Program-made: the position numbers and the translations under genes
Shown: positions 53,524 through 62,696 of the stretch, one piece after another
Layout: the number at the start of each line of letters is the position of its first letter
Position numbering within the stretch: the stretch's first letter is position 1
Notes under the pieces: generated by a model
What the model was told of the DNA's origin: nothing
Databases searched by the model: none
What the model saw: only the letters and a program-made list of their open reading frames with translations
NCBI GenBank assembly: GCA_963682135.1
Contig: OY821645.1
Coordinates: 1,408,001-1,472,000, forward strand
Direction of reading: 5' to 3'
Length of the DNA stretch: 64,000 nucleotides
Origin: Methanothrix sp.
GTDB taxonomy: Archaea > Halobacteriota > Methanosarcinia > Methanotrichales > Methanotrichaceae

Positions 53524-53751
53524 TCAGGCGGAAATCACGCCTTTTACGCCCGCTACGTTCTTCATGAGTTCTTTCTCGATGAAATTTTTAAGCGTCATCT
53601 GAGAGAAGGGACAACCTGCACAGTGCCCTTGCAGCTTTACCTTCACTATTCCATCTACTATATCGACGAGCTCTACATCTCCACCGTCTACGCGAAGACC
53701 TTGCCTGATCTTTTCCAGAGCGAACTCGACGTCATCTTTGAGGTTTTCCAT
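53524..53751 (-). CDS. NifU C-terminal/NfuA-like Fe-S carrier
   Basis: DGGDVELV...LQGHCAGCP.S..TL. Confidence 0.92.
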   Translation of the reverse strand: MENLKDDVEFALEKIRQGLRVDGGDVELVDIVDGIVKVKLQGHCAGCPFSQMTLKNFIEKELMKNVAGVKGVISA

Positions 53752-53758
53752 GAGTATT

Positions 53759-54085
53759 TCAATCTCCTTTTACCTTTATAGATGTGACTTTGTGACCAAT
53801 GATCGTGTACCTAATCCCTTTTAAAGCTTCCTCGAGCTGCTTTATGAGTCTTTCGCACTTGTCGGAGCCGACTACAGTGTTGACCATAACTCCCGGCTCG
53901 GAGTGGTCCCGGATCGCTTTCAATGCCATATCAAGGTTCTCGCTCAGTCGGAAGGTCTTCCAGGTATTTGGCGCCATTCCTTGATACTCCACGAGGTAAA
54001 ATCCGGTAATCCCCAGCTCGGTTAAGGTATTTATGACTCGAACCAAATGCTCGTGATCCACAAAAATCTTGACCATCGTCTTCAT
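53759..54085 (-). CDS. MJ1244-like protein (P-II-like fold)
   Basis: IN.L...GITGFYL.EY.GM.P..W pattern. Confidence 0.7.
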   Translation of the reverse strand: MKTMVKIFVDHEHLVRVINTLTELGITGFYLVEYQGMAPNTWKTFRLSENLDMALKAIRDHSEPGVMVNTVVGSDKCERLIKQLEEALKGIRYTIIGHKVTSIKVKGD

Positions 54086-54183
54086 AGAGTTCCCCTATGT
54101 CTATTGTGCAATCAGACCTTAAATAACTTCGCGATTTTAACCAGATATTTTTTTATCCTACTACGGCTAACTCGTGTCTTACC

Positions 54184-54663
54184 ATGGCCATGAGAGATAT
54201 CAGAGATGTGCTGGATAGCATGGGAATACACGAAGACGATGTCGTATCCGCGGCAATGCAGCTTTACTTTCCTCATCCGGGTGTGGAGACCCGCGAGAAG
54301 GCGGAGGCTGTGTTTTTGCGGGAATTGGCTCTTGCCTTGTCCGATCCCAATCTGGCGCTCCTTATTTATGCCGGAGTTTTGCTGGAATCGGAGGGAGAGA
54401 GATGCAATCTTCCCAATCTGCGGTCCGACGACTATGAAAACGATCTAACCTGCCTTATCGCGGATGAGGTCTTGGGTCTTTCTATTGCTAAATATGTGGG
54501 TGGCTACAAAGGGCTTTTCGATTACGTTCGCTACGACAAGGCCAAGCCGGGAATCCTCTCCCGCCTGGGCCCCTTCATGGATGATGTAGTTGCCGGGCTC
54601 ATCGGTGGAGTGTCCGCCAATATGTATACCCGAGCAGCTCTGTCCGAAGGGAGCCAAGATTGA
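54184..54663 (+). CDS. cobZ: Alpha-ribazole phosphatase CobZ (PgpA-like)
   Basis: DPN..LL, LIADE.LG, YD..KPGIL..LGPFMDD; upstream of cobS. Confidence 0.85.
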   Translation: MAMRDIRDVLDSMGIHEDDVVSAAMQLYFPHPGVETREKAEAVFLRELALALSDPNLALLIYAGVLLESEGERCNLPNLRSDDYENDLTCLIADEVLGLSIAKYVGGYKGLFDYVRYDKAKPGILSRLGPFMDDVVAGLIGGVSANMYTRAALSEGSQD

Positions 54664-55424
54664 AAGACCTGCTCTTTGCTCTTAAGTCCGGATTTGGCTG
54701 GCTGTCTACCATACCGGTAGGTATATCCATGGAAGGCATCGAGGCCCTGATGAGGCATGTCTACGTATTTCCTCTGGTAGGCCTGGTTCTGGGAGCCATT
54801 TTGGGCGCTTTGGCTTATCTGGCAGGCCTTGTGCTATCTGCCAATCTGGTGGCCATCGCGGTGATTGTTGCCATCTACAAACTCTGCGGCATAAATCATA
54901 TCGATGGGCTGGCCGATTTTGGGGATGGGGTGATTGCTCATGGCCCTCGTGAGAAGAAAATCGCAGCCATGAAGGATGTCTCCCTTGGCACGGGGGGCGC
55001 AGTTTTCATGGCCATAATCCTGCTGGCCGCATTCGCGACTCTATCGGAGGCGCCCCGTGCTCTTCTGCCTCTGGCACTGCTGGTTGCGGAGGTATCCGCC
55101 AAAGAGGCCATGATCTCTTTTGCTGCGTTCTCTACTTCTCTGCAGAAGGGCTTTGGCCAGATCATGATTGAGCGGACAGGGCCGCGGCAGTTTCTCCTGG
55201 GCCTGGCCATTTCTGCGATCTTGTGCGCGGCGGTTTTGGGCCCCCTGGGCCTGGCAGCTCTGGCTGCGGCTCAGGCGACGGCCTTTTACATGGTTCATGT
55301 GGCAAGATGCAATTTCGGAGGGGCCACAGGAGACGGGATAGGCGCGACCAACGAGATAGCGAGAGTGGTTGCCCTGGCAGTGACTCTGACTTTAGGAGGT
55401 GTTCTTCCCTGGATGCTCTGGTGA
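54660..55424 (+). CDS. cobS: Adenosylcobinamide-GDP ribazoletransferase
   Basis: HIDGLADFGDG, MKD...G.GG, GGATGD..GA.NE. Confidence 0.93.
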   Translation: MKDLLFALKSGFGWLSTIPVGISMEGIEALMRHVYVFPLVGLVLGAILGALAYLAGLVLSANLVAIAVIVAIYKLCGINHIDGLADFGDGVIAHGPREKKIAAMKDVSLGTGGAVFMAIILLAAFATLSEAPRALLPLALLVAEVSAKEAMISFAAFSTSLQKGFGQIMIERTGPRQFLLGLAISAILCAAVLGPLGLAALAAAQATAFYMVHVARCNFGGATGDGIGATNEIARVVALAVTLTLGGVLPWMLW

Positions 55425-56011
55425 TGGCCGGGGGTCGCGGCTCGCGGCTGCGTATGGGAGAAAAGCCGCTCGCGACTCTCTTTGGCAGGCCGCTCATTGA
55501 GTATGTGGCCTTGGCTATCGAGGACAGCACCATAGACAGGATATTTGTAGCCACCACAGACAATGTGCCCCGTACCCGTGAGTGGGCTGTGCACAGGGGG
55601 CTTTGCGTGGTGGAGACGGCTGGATATGGCTATGTGGCGGACATGATTGAAGCCGTGAAGAATGCAAGGGTTATTGATCCCATAATGATCATCATGGCCG
55701 ACCTTCCTCTGGTAACTTCTGATTTGATTGACGACATCATCGAGGTTTATGAGGATCGACCCGAGCCGGCACTCTCTACACATACGCCTCTCGATCTGCA
55801 CAGTCGTCTTGGCCGAAGGCCTGATTCCCTCTTCAACTACGGCGGCCGGCTCATCGTTCCGGCAGGCATAAATGTTCTGGATGGTTCTGAGATAGAACGT
55901 GAGCAGGAGGACTTTCACCTGATATTGGAGAGAATCGAGCTTGCGGTGAATGTAAATGTAGCTGGGGACCTCATGCTCTGCGAGAGAATAATGCAAGGTG
56001 ATTTCCTTTGA
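55409..56011 (+). CDS. cobY: GTP:adenosylcobinamide-phosphate guanylyltransferase
   Basis: DALVMAGGRGSRL...EKP, ADLP, NVN...DL; probable CTG start. Confidence 0.85.
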   Translation: MDALVMAGGRGSRLRMGEKPLATLFGRPLIEYVALAIEDSTIDRIFVATTDNVPRTREWAVHRGLCVVETAGYGYVADMIEAVKNARVIDPIMIIMADLPLVTSDLIDDIIEVYEDRPEPALSTHTPLDLHSRLGRRPDSLFNYGGRLIVPAGINVLDGSEIEREQEDFHLILERIELAVNVNVAGDLMLCERIMQGDFL

Positions 56012-56379
56012 ATAATTCCATAGCTATAGATGGCGAAAAGTTCCCCCTCGAAGACCTTCTGCTACTTTCCGGAGCAGATGAGATCAAGGAGCCAGGTAAG
56101 ATCAAGAGCTACATCCTGCTCGTGGCCAGGGCTCTGAGAAATCCCATGAGGCTGCCGTGGCTGCTCAAGGATATCTTCAGCCTCTGCATCCAGGAGGAGG
56201 ACCAACGGGATCTGAGGCTGTGCCTGATCCGGGTGCAGGTGGAGGCGGAGCTGAAGATGAACCAGGACATTCAGAGGTATCAGCAGAGGCGCTATGTGGC
56301 CCAGGTGATCGAGATCCTGCTCTTCAATGAGCTCTTGCTTGCACCGCGCGAGCCGGTGGAAGAGGGCGAGGTGGAGTAG
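56008..56379 (+). CDS. Hypothetical protein
   Basis: 123-aa ORF overlapping the cobY stop by 4 nt. Confidence 0.65.
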   Translation: MNNSIAIDGEKFPLEDLLLLSGADEIKEPGKIKSYILLVARALRNPMRLPWLLKDIFSLCIQEEDQRDLRLCLIRVQVEAELKMNQDIQRYQQRRYVAQVIEILLFNELLLAPREPVEEGEVE

Positions 56380-56581
56380 GGCCTAAACCGTTTTCTCCTC
56401 CACTTGATCGCTCGCTGTTGAGGACGACTTCGATTTCGGGGCGAATCTGATGCCGGTGATCTCTCGTAGCTTACGCTGAAGGGAGATGAACTGAGAGAGC
56501 GTGGGGCACTTGCTCGAACTCTACTAGAATATCAAGATCGCTACGCTTATGCTGCTCGCCCCTGACATATTGGATCGCGTC

Positions 56582-57442
56582 TCAGAAGTATTTTTTATTT
56601 CGTGGTCCTTCTATCGGACCTAATGCCCGTGGATTCTTGCCGGAGTTTGGCTTTTCCGCCAACACCTCCAAGCGCATCATCTGCACGTGGGTCTGTCCTT
56701 TTTCATCCAGTGGGTATATCTCCAGATACTTTCCTGCTATCTCCTTTACGAACCGGTCTTGCAGATGGACAGGCAGCCTCTGGGTATAAGGCAGCCAGGT
56801 ATTCCTGATTATGCCCTCCAGGCCTGCTTGACCCTGATGGATCATCTCCTTGGCTACAAGCTCTGCCCGCAGGGGCAGCAGTCCCGCTTCATCCAGCCAG
56901 GTTCTATACTCTACCGGCCCGTAAAAGTGGTAGGGAAAGGAAAAGCCTGAGAAGTAGTTCTTCCACGGCGGGCTCTTGATGAGCTCGCCGGTCAGATCCA
57001 GGATCTGGGCGGCGTTTCCCCTTCCCCCGCACTGCATAAGAAAGCGACCTCCAGGCACCAGGCTCTGCTGGACGGCTTTCAGAACGGGCAGATGTTCTTT
57101 AATCCAGTGCAGGCAAGCAAAGGACACCACCAGATCAAATTCCTCGATGAAGTGCAGCGCTGAGGCATCGCTCACCCGAAAAGAGAGATGGGGATGATCT
57201 GCATACTTGCCGGCAGCAAAGCCGATCATTTCCGGGGAGAGATCTATTCCCAGGACGCTGCCGTTGGGCACCATGTCGGCCAGGTGGGCGGTAATCCGGC
57301 CATCTCCACATCCGATATCCAGGATGCGTTCATCGCCGTCAAGCAACAGATCGTCAATTAGAGCCATGGCCCAATTGTACTGGGCTGAGGAGCTCTTCTC
57401 ATAGTCTGCTGGATTCCATTTGTGCATTTCAGGAGATCTCAT
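56582..57442 (-). CDS. Class I SAM-dependent methyltransferase (Tam-like)
   Basis: ILDIGCGDG, GIDLS.EMI, FD.V.S...LHW. Confidence 0.9.
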   Translation of the reverse strand: MRSPEMHKWNPADYEKSSSAQYNWAMALIDDLLLDGDERILDIGCGDGRITAHLADMVPNGSVLGIDLSPEMIGFAAGKYADHPHLSFRVSDASALHFIEEFDLVVSFACLHWIKEHLPVLKAVQQSLVPGGRFLMQCGGRGNAAQILDLTGELIKSPPWKNYFSGFSFPYHFYGPVEYRTWLDEAGLLPLRAELVAKEMIHQGQAGLEGIIRNTWLPYTQRLPVHLQDRFVKEIAGKYLEIYPLDEKGQTHVQMMRLEVLAEKPNSGKNPRALGPIEGPRNKKYF

Positions 57443-57445
57443 ATT

Positions 57446-57847
57446 TCAGTTGCTCTCATCATCACCCTTAATCTGCACATGCGTCTCTTTCTTGCGAGTC
57501 AGACCTTCCAGAAGCTTGGGCACAGTGTCTGCCACATGCTCTAATAGTGTATGTTGAGTTTCCTTTAGCCGCTCCACTCTCACCCCATCCTGGTCGATTA
57601 TTATGACGGCTACGGGCTTCATGCCCAATGCACCTGCGCCTCCTCCGGGATTATCGGCCTTTCCCGAGCTTGAACCTGCACCAAAGCCCATGCCCATGCT
57701 CATCAGAGGAATTACTGTCTTGCCATCCACGGTGACGGGGTCACCCACCGCATTCTTGGCAGATAAGGCCTTTTGCATCTCTCCGGTTATGGTTTTCAGT
57801 ATCTCGGATAGTTCCTGCGTCTTCTCACTGCCTGCCAATAATTTCAC
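57446..57847 (-). CDS. GerW/YtfJ family protein
   Basis: VGDPV...GKTVIP.....GFGAG....GGG......PVA.I. Confidence 0.85.
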   Translation of the reverse strand: MKLLAGSEKTQELSEILKTITGEMQKALSAKNAVGDPVTVDGKTVIPLMSMGMGFGAGSSSGKADNPGGGAGALGMKPVAVIIIDQDGVRVERLKETQHTLLEHVADTVPKLLEGLTRKKETHVQIKGDDESN

Positions 57848-57854
57848 ACTCCTG

Positions 57855-58856
57855 TTAATAATTGTCCTGGATAGATGAAAAAGCTTTCTTCTTCTCCTTG
57901 AACTTTATCAGGGCGGTGAGAAGGTCATTGTAGGGTGTACTGATACCATAATCCCGAGCATACGAAGAGATGGCCCCGTTCAAAACATCGATCTCCGTTT
58001 GCCTGCCCAGCAGAATATCCTGCAGCATGCTGGCGCGATGGCCAACTGTGGGGGGAAGCTGCTTTTCCAGCAGATAATGGTAATACTCATCAGCATCCTG
58101 ATAAGGAACTTTTACGCCTTTGGCCCTTAAAACCCGAAAGATCTCTTCAATTATGACCTTGATGATACCTCTCGTCTCTTCATTTTCGCCCAGATCGCCA
58201 TAAGCCACACCCAACAATGCACCCAGAGGATTTAATGAGCAGTTGTAGAGCACCTTTCCCCAGATGGCTGCCCAAATCTCGTCCTTGCTCACAATTCTGC
58301 AGGGAATACCGCAATGAGTTAGATCCGTCTCTAATGCCTGCAAAAGCGGTCGGTTCACGGCCTGGAATGGCTCGCCCAGCAGGACATCGTCAGCGTTGAC
58401 TGTAACATTAGCATGGCCCGGCTCAAGAATCTCGGCTCCAAAGATGACGCGCGCTCCCACGGTGCGATCTTCCCCAACCTGATGGGCGATGGTCTCCCAG
58501 TTATTCAGGCCGTTTTGCATGGAGACTATGATGCCGTCCTCTTCAAGCAGCGTCTTCGCCTCGATTGCTGCCGCATAGGTGTCTTTGGCTTTTACGCAGA
58601 GCAGGATGATGGAAAATTGCTTTTTCCCGGCAGAGGTGGAAGGTGCCTTGGAAGGAATCTGCATCTCTTTTGCCAAGATAAAGTGCTCTCCCCAGATGCC
58701 CGTGATCCTCAATCCCTTTTTGGAAAAAGACCGAAAGTGTTCGCCTCTGCCTATGTAGGTGACAGGACGACCCAATTTTTGCAGAAATCCACCTAAAACG
58801 CTGCCTATGGCTCCTGCACCGTAGATGAGATAGTCGGGGCTTATGCCAGGTTTCAT
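57855..58856 (-). CDS. panE: Ketopantoate reductase family protein
   Basis: GAGAIG, VKA, QNGL, W.K...N...NP, SMLQD...GR.TEID.LNG. Confidence 0.9.
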   Translation of the reverse strand: MKPGISPDYLIYGAGAIGSVLGGFLQKLGRPVTYIGRGEHFRSFSKKGLRITGIWGEHFILAKEMQIPSKAPSTSAGKKQFSIILLCVKAKDTYAAAIEAKTLLEEDGIIVSMQNGLNNWETIAHQVGEDRTVGARVIFGAEILEPGHANVTVNADDVLLGEPFQAVNRPLLQALETDLTHCGIPCRIVSKDEIWAAIWGKVLYNCSLNPLGALLGVAYGDLGENEETRGIIKVIIEEIFRVLRAKGVKVPYQDADEYYHYLLEKQLPPTVGHRASMLQDILLGRQTEIDVLNGAISSYARDYGISTPYNDLLTALIKFKEKKKAFSSIQDNY

Positions 58857-59188
58857 AAACGGGAAAAGGATTTGGTCCCTTAAGAGGGTTTCGAAAACGA
58901 TTTGCATCTAAGGTAGGTTCATCAATCAAGGTGCTGATGGGATTCAAGAGACCTTTTCAGTAAATCAAGTACAAGACAGGCTATTGCCCATATCGCCAAA
59001 GATTCCGATCAGCCAAAAGGGTAGAGTCGCACCAATTCGCCTCTATGGGGGGAAATGTTTTTAAACAAATTGCTCGACAAAGATCATTGTAGTACATCTT
59101 AGTACATAGTGGGGAGTAGATATATGAATATGCTTATGATTTCACGCAGTGTCGGAACTTATCTGCACTAATGGGAGGAAAAAAGATT

Positions 59189-59281
59189 ATGCCTTTACCT
59201 TATTTCGCTTTGCTGGTATCAATTATTATTATGCTCTCTATAACACTCTTCGTTCTGATGAGGAGGTACCATGATCAATGA
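59189..59281 (+). CDS. 30-aa single-TM small protein, putative symporter accessory subunit
   Basis: MPLPYFALLVSIIIMLSITLFVLMRRYHDQ; GGAGG upstream; overlaps the symporter start; below the ORF-track cutoff. Confidence 0.65.
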   Translation: MPLPYFALLVSIIIMLSITLFVLMRRYHDQ

Positions 59282-60698
59282 ACTGCTGCTCGTAGCCTAT
59301 GTAGCATTCATAGTCCTGCTCTCGTTCAAGCTGCGCCAGGGGACTTTCTCGGGCTTCGTTATCTCCGATCGCAATGTCGCCTATCCGGCAGTCATTGGCA
59401 TCGCCTTTACCGCTGCCTATTTCAGTGCAGCCTCCTTCCTGGGCGGGGGAGGATACGGCCTGATCGCCGGCATGCCATGGGTCGTATTCTGTACCTTCTT
59501 TCATGTGGCCTTCGCGTGCCTCGCCTGGCTCATGGCAGGAAAGATCTGGGCCATGGCCAAGCAGTATGATGCCAAGACCGTGCCCCAACTGCTGGAAAAG
59601 AGGTACAACTCCCCCACCGGCAAGGTAATCCTGGCAGCGATCATGCTGCTACTCTATACTGTATATCTGGTGCCGATCTTCAAAGGATGCGCTACCCTCT
59701 TTCAGGGATTGATCGGCGTCACCTACCTGGAAGGTCTCATGATCGCTGTGGCTATTGTGGCCGTCTACTACGCCATCGGCGGACTGCCGGCTATCATCTG
59801 GATCGGCTTTATTCAGGGCGTTCTTATGCTCGCAGGAGCCGTCTTGCTCTACGGCGGGATCTTCTCTGTCGGCGGCGGCATGCAGATATGGGACCACATC
59901 CCTGCAAATGTGCTCTCCATGCAAGGCCTCAATGTGCCCTGGCAAAAGACCCTGGGAATGGCCTTTTCCATCAGCCTGGGCCTCTTGGCGCTCCCTGATT
60001 TGCTCATCATGATATTCTCGGCCAAAGACCGAAGAGTGGTCCGCTTTGCCGGCGTCTGGGGGCCGCTCTCCATTGCCGTCTACGCTCTTTGCATCTTCTC
60101 CCTGGGAATTCTGGCCTATGGAGTCTTGAGTGCCGAGCAGCTGGCACCATTCCTCAAGAATCCAGATGGTCTGGTGCCATTCCTGGCGACGACCTTCCTT
60201 CCGCAGGGATTTGACGGCATCATTCTGCTGGCGGCAATCTCGGCAGCAATGTCCACCATGAGCGCTATTGTGCTGGTTACCACTACCTCCCTCACCTCAG
60301 ATATTCTGCTCTACCTGCATCCCGAAATCTCCGACAAAAAGACGCTGCTGCTCACTCGCATCGTAGGAGTGACCATCCTTATGATCGCCGCCATATCGGC
60401 GGTCGATGTTCCCCAGCAGATCGTGCCCCTGGTCTCTGTGAGCATGGGCGTCATCGCCTGCTGCGTCTTTGTTCCGCTTATCTTCGGCATTTACTGGGAC
60501 CGAGGGACACAAACGGGCTTTGTCGCCAGCCTGCTGGCTTCTTTCTCTTCCGTTGTCGCCTGGAACTTTTACGGCAATCCGCTCATCCACCCTGTCTTCA
60601 TAGGCCTGGTGTGCGCCGCGGTGGCTTATGTGCTGGGAAGTCTGGCGACGAGCCGCCCCAGTAGAGTGCAGGAGGCACTGGGGGACAAAGCCGCCTAA
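59271..60698 (+). CDS. Sodium:solute symporter (PanF/PutP-like)
   Basis: SAASFLGG.G, GG..A..W..FIQG, AAISAAMST, multiple TM helices. Confidence 0.9.
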   Translation: MINELLLVAYVAFIVLLSFKLRQGTFSGFVISDRNVAYPAVIGIAFTAAYFSAASFLGGGGYGLIAGMPWVVFCTFFHVAFACLAWLMAGKIWAMAKQYDAKTVPQLLEKRYNSPTGKVILAAIMLLLYTVYLVPIFKGCATLFQGLIGVTYLEGLMIAVAIVAVYYAIGGLPAIIWIGFIQGVLMLAGAVLLYGGIFSVGGGMQIWDHIPANVLSMQGLNVPWQKTLGMAFSISLGLLALPDLLIMIFSAKDRRVVRFAGVWGPLSIAVYALCIFSLGILAYGVLSAEQLAPFLKNPDGLVPFLATTFLPQGFDGIILLAAISAAMSTMSAIVLVTTTSLTSDILLYLHPEISDKKTLLLTRIVGVTILMIAAISAVDVPQQIVPLVSVSMGVIACCVFVPLIFGIYWDRGTQTGFVASLLASFSSVVAWNFYGNPLIHPVFIGLVCAAVAYVLGSLATSRPSRVQEALGDKAA

Positions 60699-60899
60699 GG
60701 AATGGCAAAGGGAAGAACTCATCAGGCTCTTTGCTAATTCTATTTTTAGATAATTTATTTTTTGCTGAAACATATTCCGAATTGGCAAAAGCGTTTGCGG
60801 CAAAGTCCTATACCTCTTTTGCCCCTTTTTAGGGTACACTTGGATTAAATTAATATACCGAATCAGAGAGGCTATTCATATCCACGAAGGAGGAAAAAT

Positions 60900-61166
60900 A
60901 TGGCTGAGATGAGAAATTTCGCCCTGCGCGATGCTGAGGGAAATGAGATTGGAGTTTTTACGGGAAAATCACCCAGACAGGCAGCTCTGAAGGCAGCTAA
61001 CCGGGGCTACACCGATATCAAGCTGCGTGAACGCGGTACCAAGAAGGTGCATGTGTTTACAGGAGAGCGAGTGCAGGTGGACAAGCCCGCTGGTGCACCG
61101 GCCTGGATGCCGGACAAGATTTGGAAGCCAAAGGTAAAGAAGGTAGGCATCGAGAAACTGGAATAA
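60900..61166 (+). CDS. Non-histone chromosomal protein MC1
   Basis: RNFALRD..G.E.GVFTG..PRQAALKAANRG...LRERGTKKVH...P.WMP. Confidence 0.95.
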   Translation: MAEMRNFALRDAEGNEIGVFTGKSPRQAALKAANRGYTDIKLRERGTKKVHVFTGERVQVDKPAGAPAWMPDKIWKPKVKKVGIEKLE

Positions 61167-61297
61167 ATCCAAAAGATGCTCGCGCATGTTGATCTACGGC
61201 TAGTCCGTTGAATATTAGGCTTCTAGCGCCTAAATGTTATGGGATGATGAGGGCCAGGTTGGCCTCATCCCCCGCGTACCAGCTTCGTTGCGGGAAA

Positions 61298-62467
61298 TTA
61301 TCCCATCCGTGCTTTTTTCGCATTCTTGCCTGGCTTAAAGGCACATATTGTTTCGAAATACCTCCAGCCACTCCACGGGCCATCAATTCCGCCATCGTTG
61401 CTGGCATGTATGCGCCAGAAGTAAACTGGATCGTCATCAGGCAGGGATCCCAATGAGCCTGAACATCTGAATCCTTTTGTCACTTTATTGGCTTCAAACC
61501 ATCCCTCATCCACTAGAATGAAATCGTCCGCTGGGCTTCTATTGCGATTATAGACCTCTAAATGGTACTCAGTGGCAGCAGAGGCTGCCGTCCAGACAAA
61601 GGTTGGCGAGTCGGTGGAGATGAGGCCCTGAGGGGATATAGGAGTAGGCTTGCCGGGAGGCACTATCATGTATCTGAAGTCATTATAATAGCTCCAAGGC
61701 CCTTCTCCCTTGCAATTGATAGCCTGAATCCACCATCTGTAATAGGTTTTTTCTTCGAGATCCGGGGACAGGACGGGCCCTACGGAGCAAGTCTGGTCCG
61801 TATTTGAGAACACATCTTCGGCATCATAGGTCTTATCGAAGATGGACGCATCCGGACTGCCGGCCTTGGCCACCTTTAGGCGATACCGGGTGCATCCACT
61901 CACGGGCATCCATACAAAGATCGGATTCCTGCTGCCGATGGTATCTTTAGGCGAGATGAGGGTCGCCTTGCCGGGTAAAGATGTGCAAACTGTAAATTCC
62001 ATCTCTTCGCTCAACTGATAATGGCCGCGGTTTCGGCATAAGATGCTCCAGGTATAGACTCCGGAAGGCAGGCTTTTGCTTGGTGTCTTGGAGTATATCG
62101 TTTTAATTGGCAAGGCATTATACAATTGGTTTATGAATACCTTTTTCTGATCGTTCTTCACCACCAGGCAGTAGCTCTGGCTTGTGCTCACGCCCTTCCA
62201 GGTGTAGGTGAGCTTTCCGCTGTTCTGGATTCCAAATGGCGATACAAGCTCGGGTGGAGCAAGATCCAGGCTGATCGATGAATTCGACAAATCAGTATCA
62301 TCCAAGATTTGCAGACGGGGGTCATTGGCATTGCAGTTCGTGCAGCTCTCCTGTCCACTATTCTGTAGTGGTGTCTGGGCGAAACACGGCGTCGCCAGGA
62401 GCAGCATCAGCATCCCTGCCAATGCCGCAATTGCCAGATTCTTTTTCAGCGATTCTCGTCTAATCAT
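61298..62467 (-). CDS. Secreted protein with three fibronectin-III-like repeats
   Basis: Signal peptide; repeated L.SP......P.F.W......Y.L.V...Y.W.I.A.N....GPWS. Confidence 0.8.
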   Translation of the reverse strand: MIRRESLKKNLAIAALAGMLMLLLATPCFAQTPLQNSGQESCTNCNANDPRLQILDDTDLSNSSISLDLAPPELVSPFGIQNSGKLTYTWKGVSTSQSYCLVVKNDQKKVFINQLYNALPIKTIYSKTPSKSLPSGVYTWSILCRNRGHYQLSEEMEFTVCTSLPGKATLISPKDTIGSRNPIFVWMPVSGCTRYRLKVAKAGSPDASIFDKTYDAEDVFSNTDQTCSVGPVLSPDLEEKTYYRWWIQAINCKGEGPWSYYNDFRYMIVPPGKPTPISPQGLISTDSPTFVWTAASAATEYHLEVYNRNRSPADDFILVDEGWFEANKVTKGFRCSGSLGSLPDDDPVYFWRIHASNDGGIDGPWSGWRYFETICAFKPGKNAKKARMG

Positions 62468-62696
62468 GAGATCATCTCTTTTCGTATGAAGTAATTTGTA
62501 GACAAGTAATATATATTTTTTCCTTAAAGAATTGGAATTCATCGAATTAGATACTTAGAATAACTACCAAAACCAGATAAAAATAATCTCTGTATGACAA
62601 TTTTATGTTTGATGGCTTAGCCGCAAAATTGGTTTGAAATATCCTAAGAAATTCAAAAAAGAAAGAATGCAGCTAAATTTGAAAGCGCCTGTGCCT

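Noticed and set aside
56400-56580. Intergenic stretch with ATCGCTCGCT/ATCGCTACGCT motifs
   Set aside because: Single occurrence with no convincing stem or terminal repeats.
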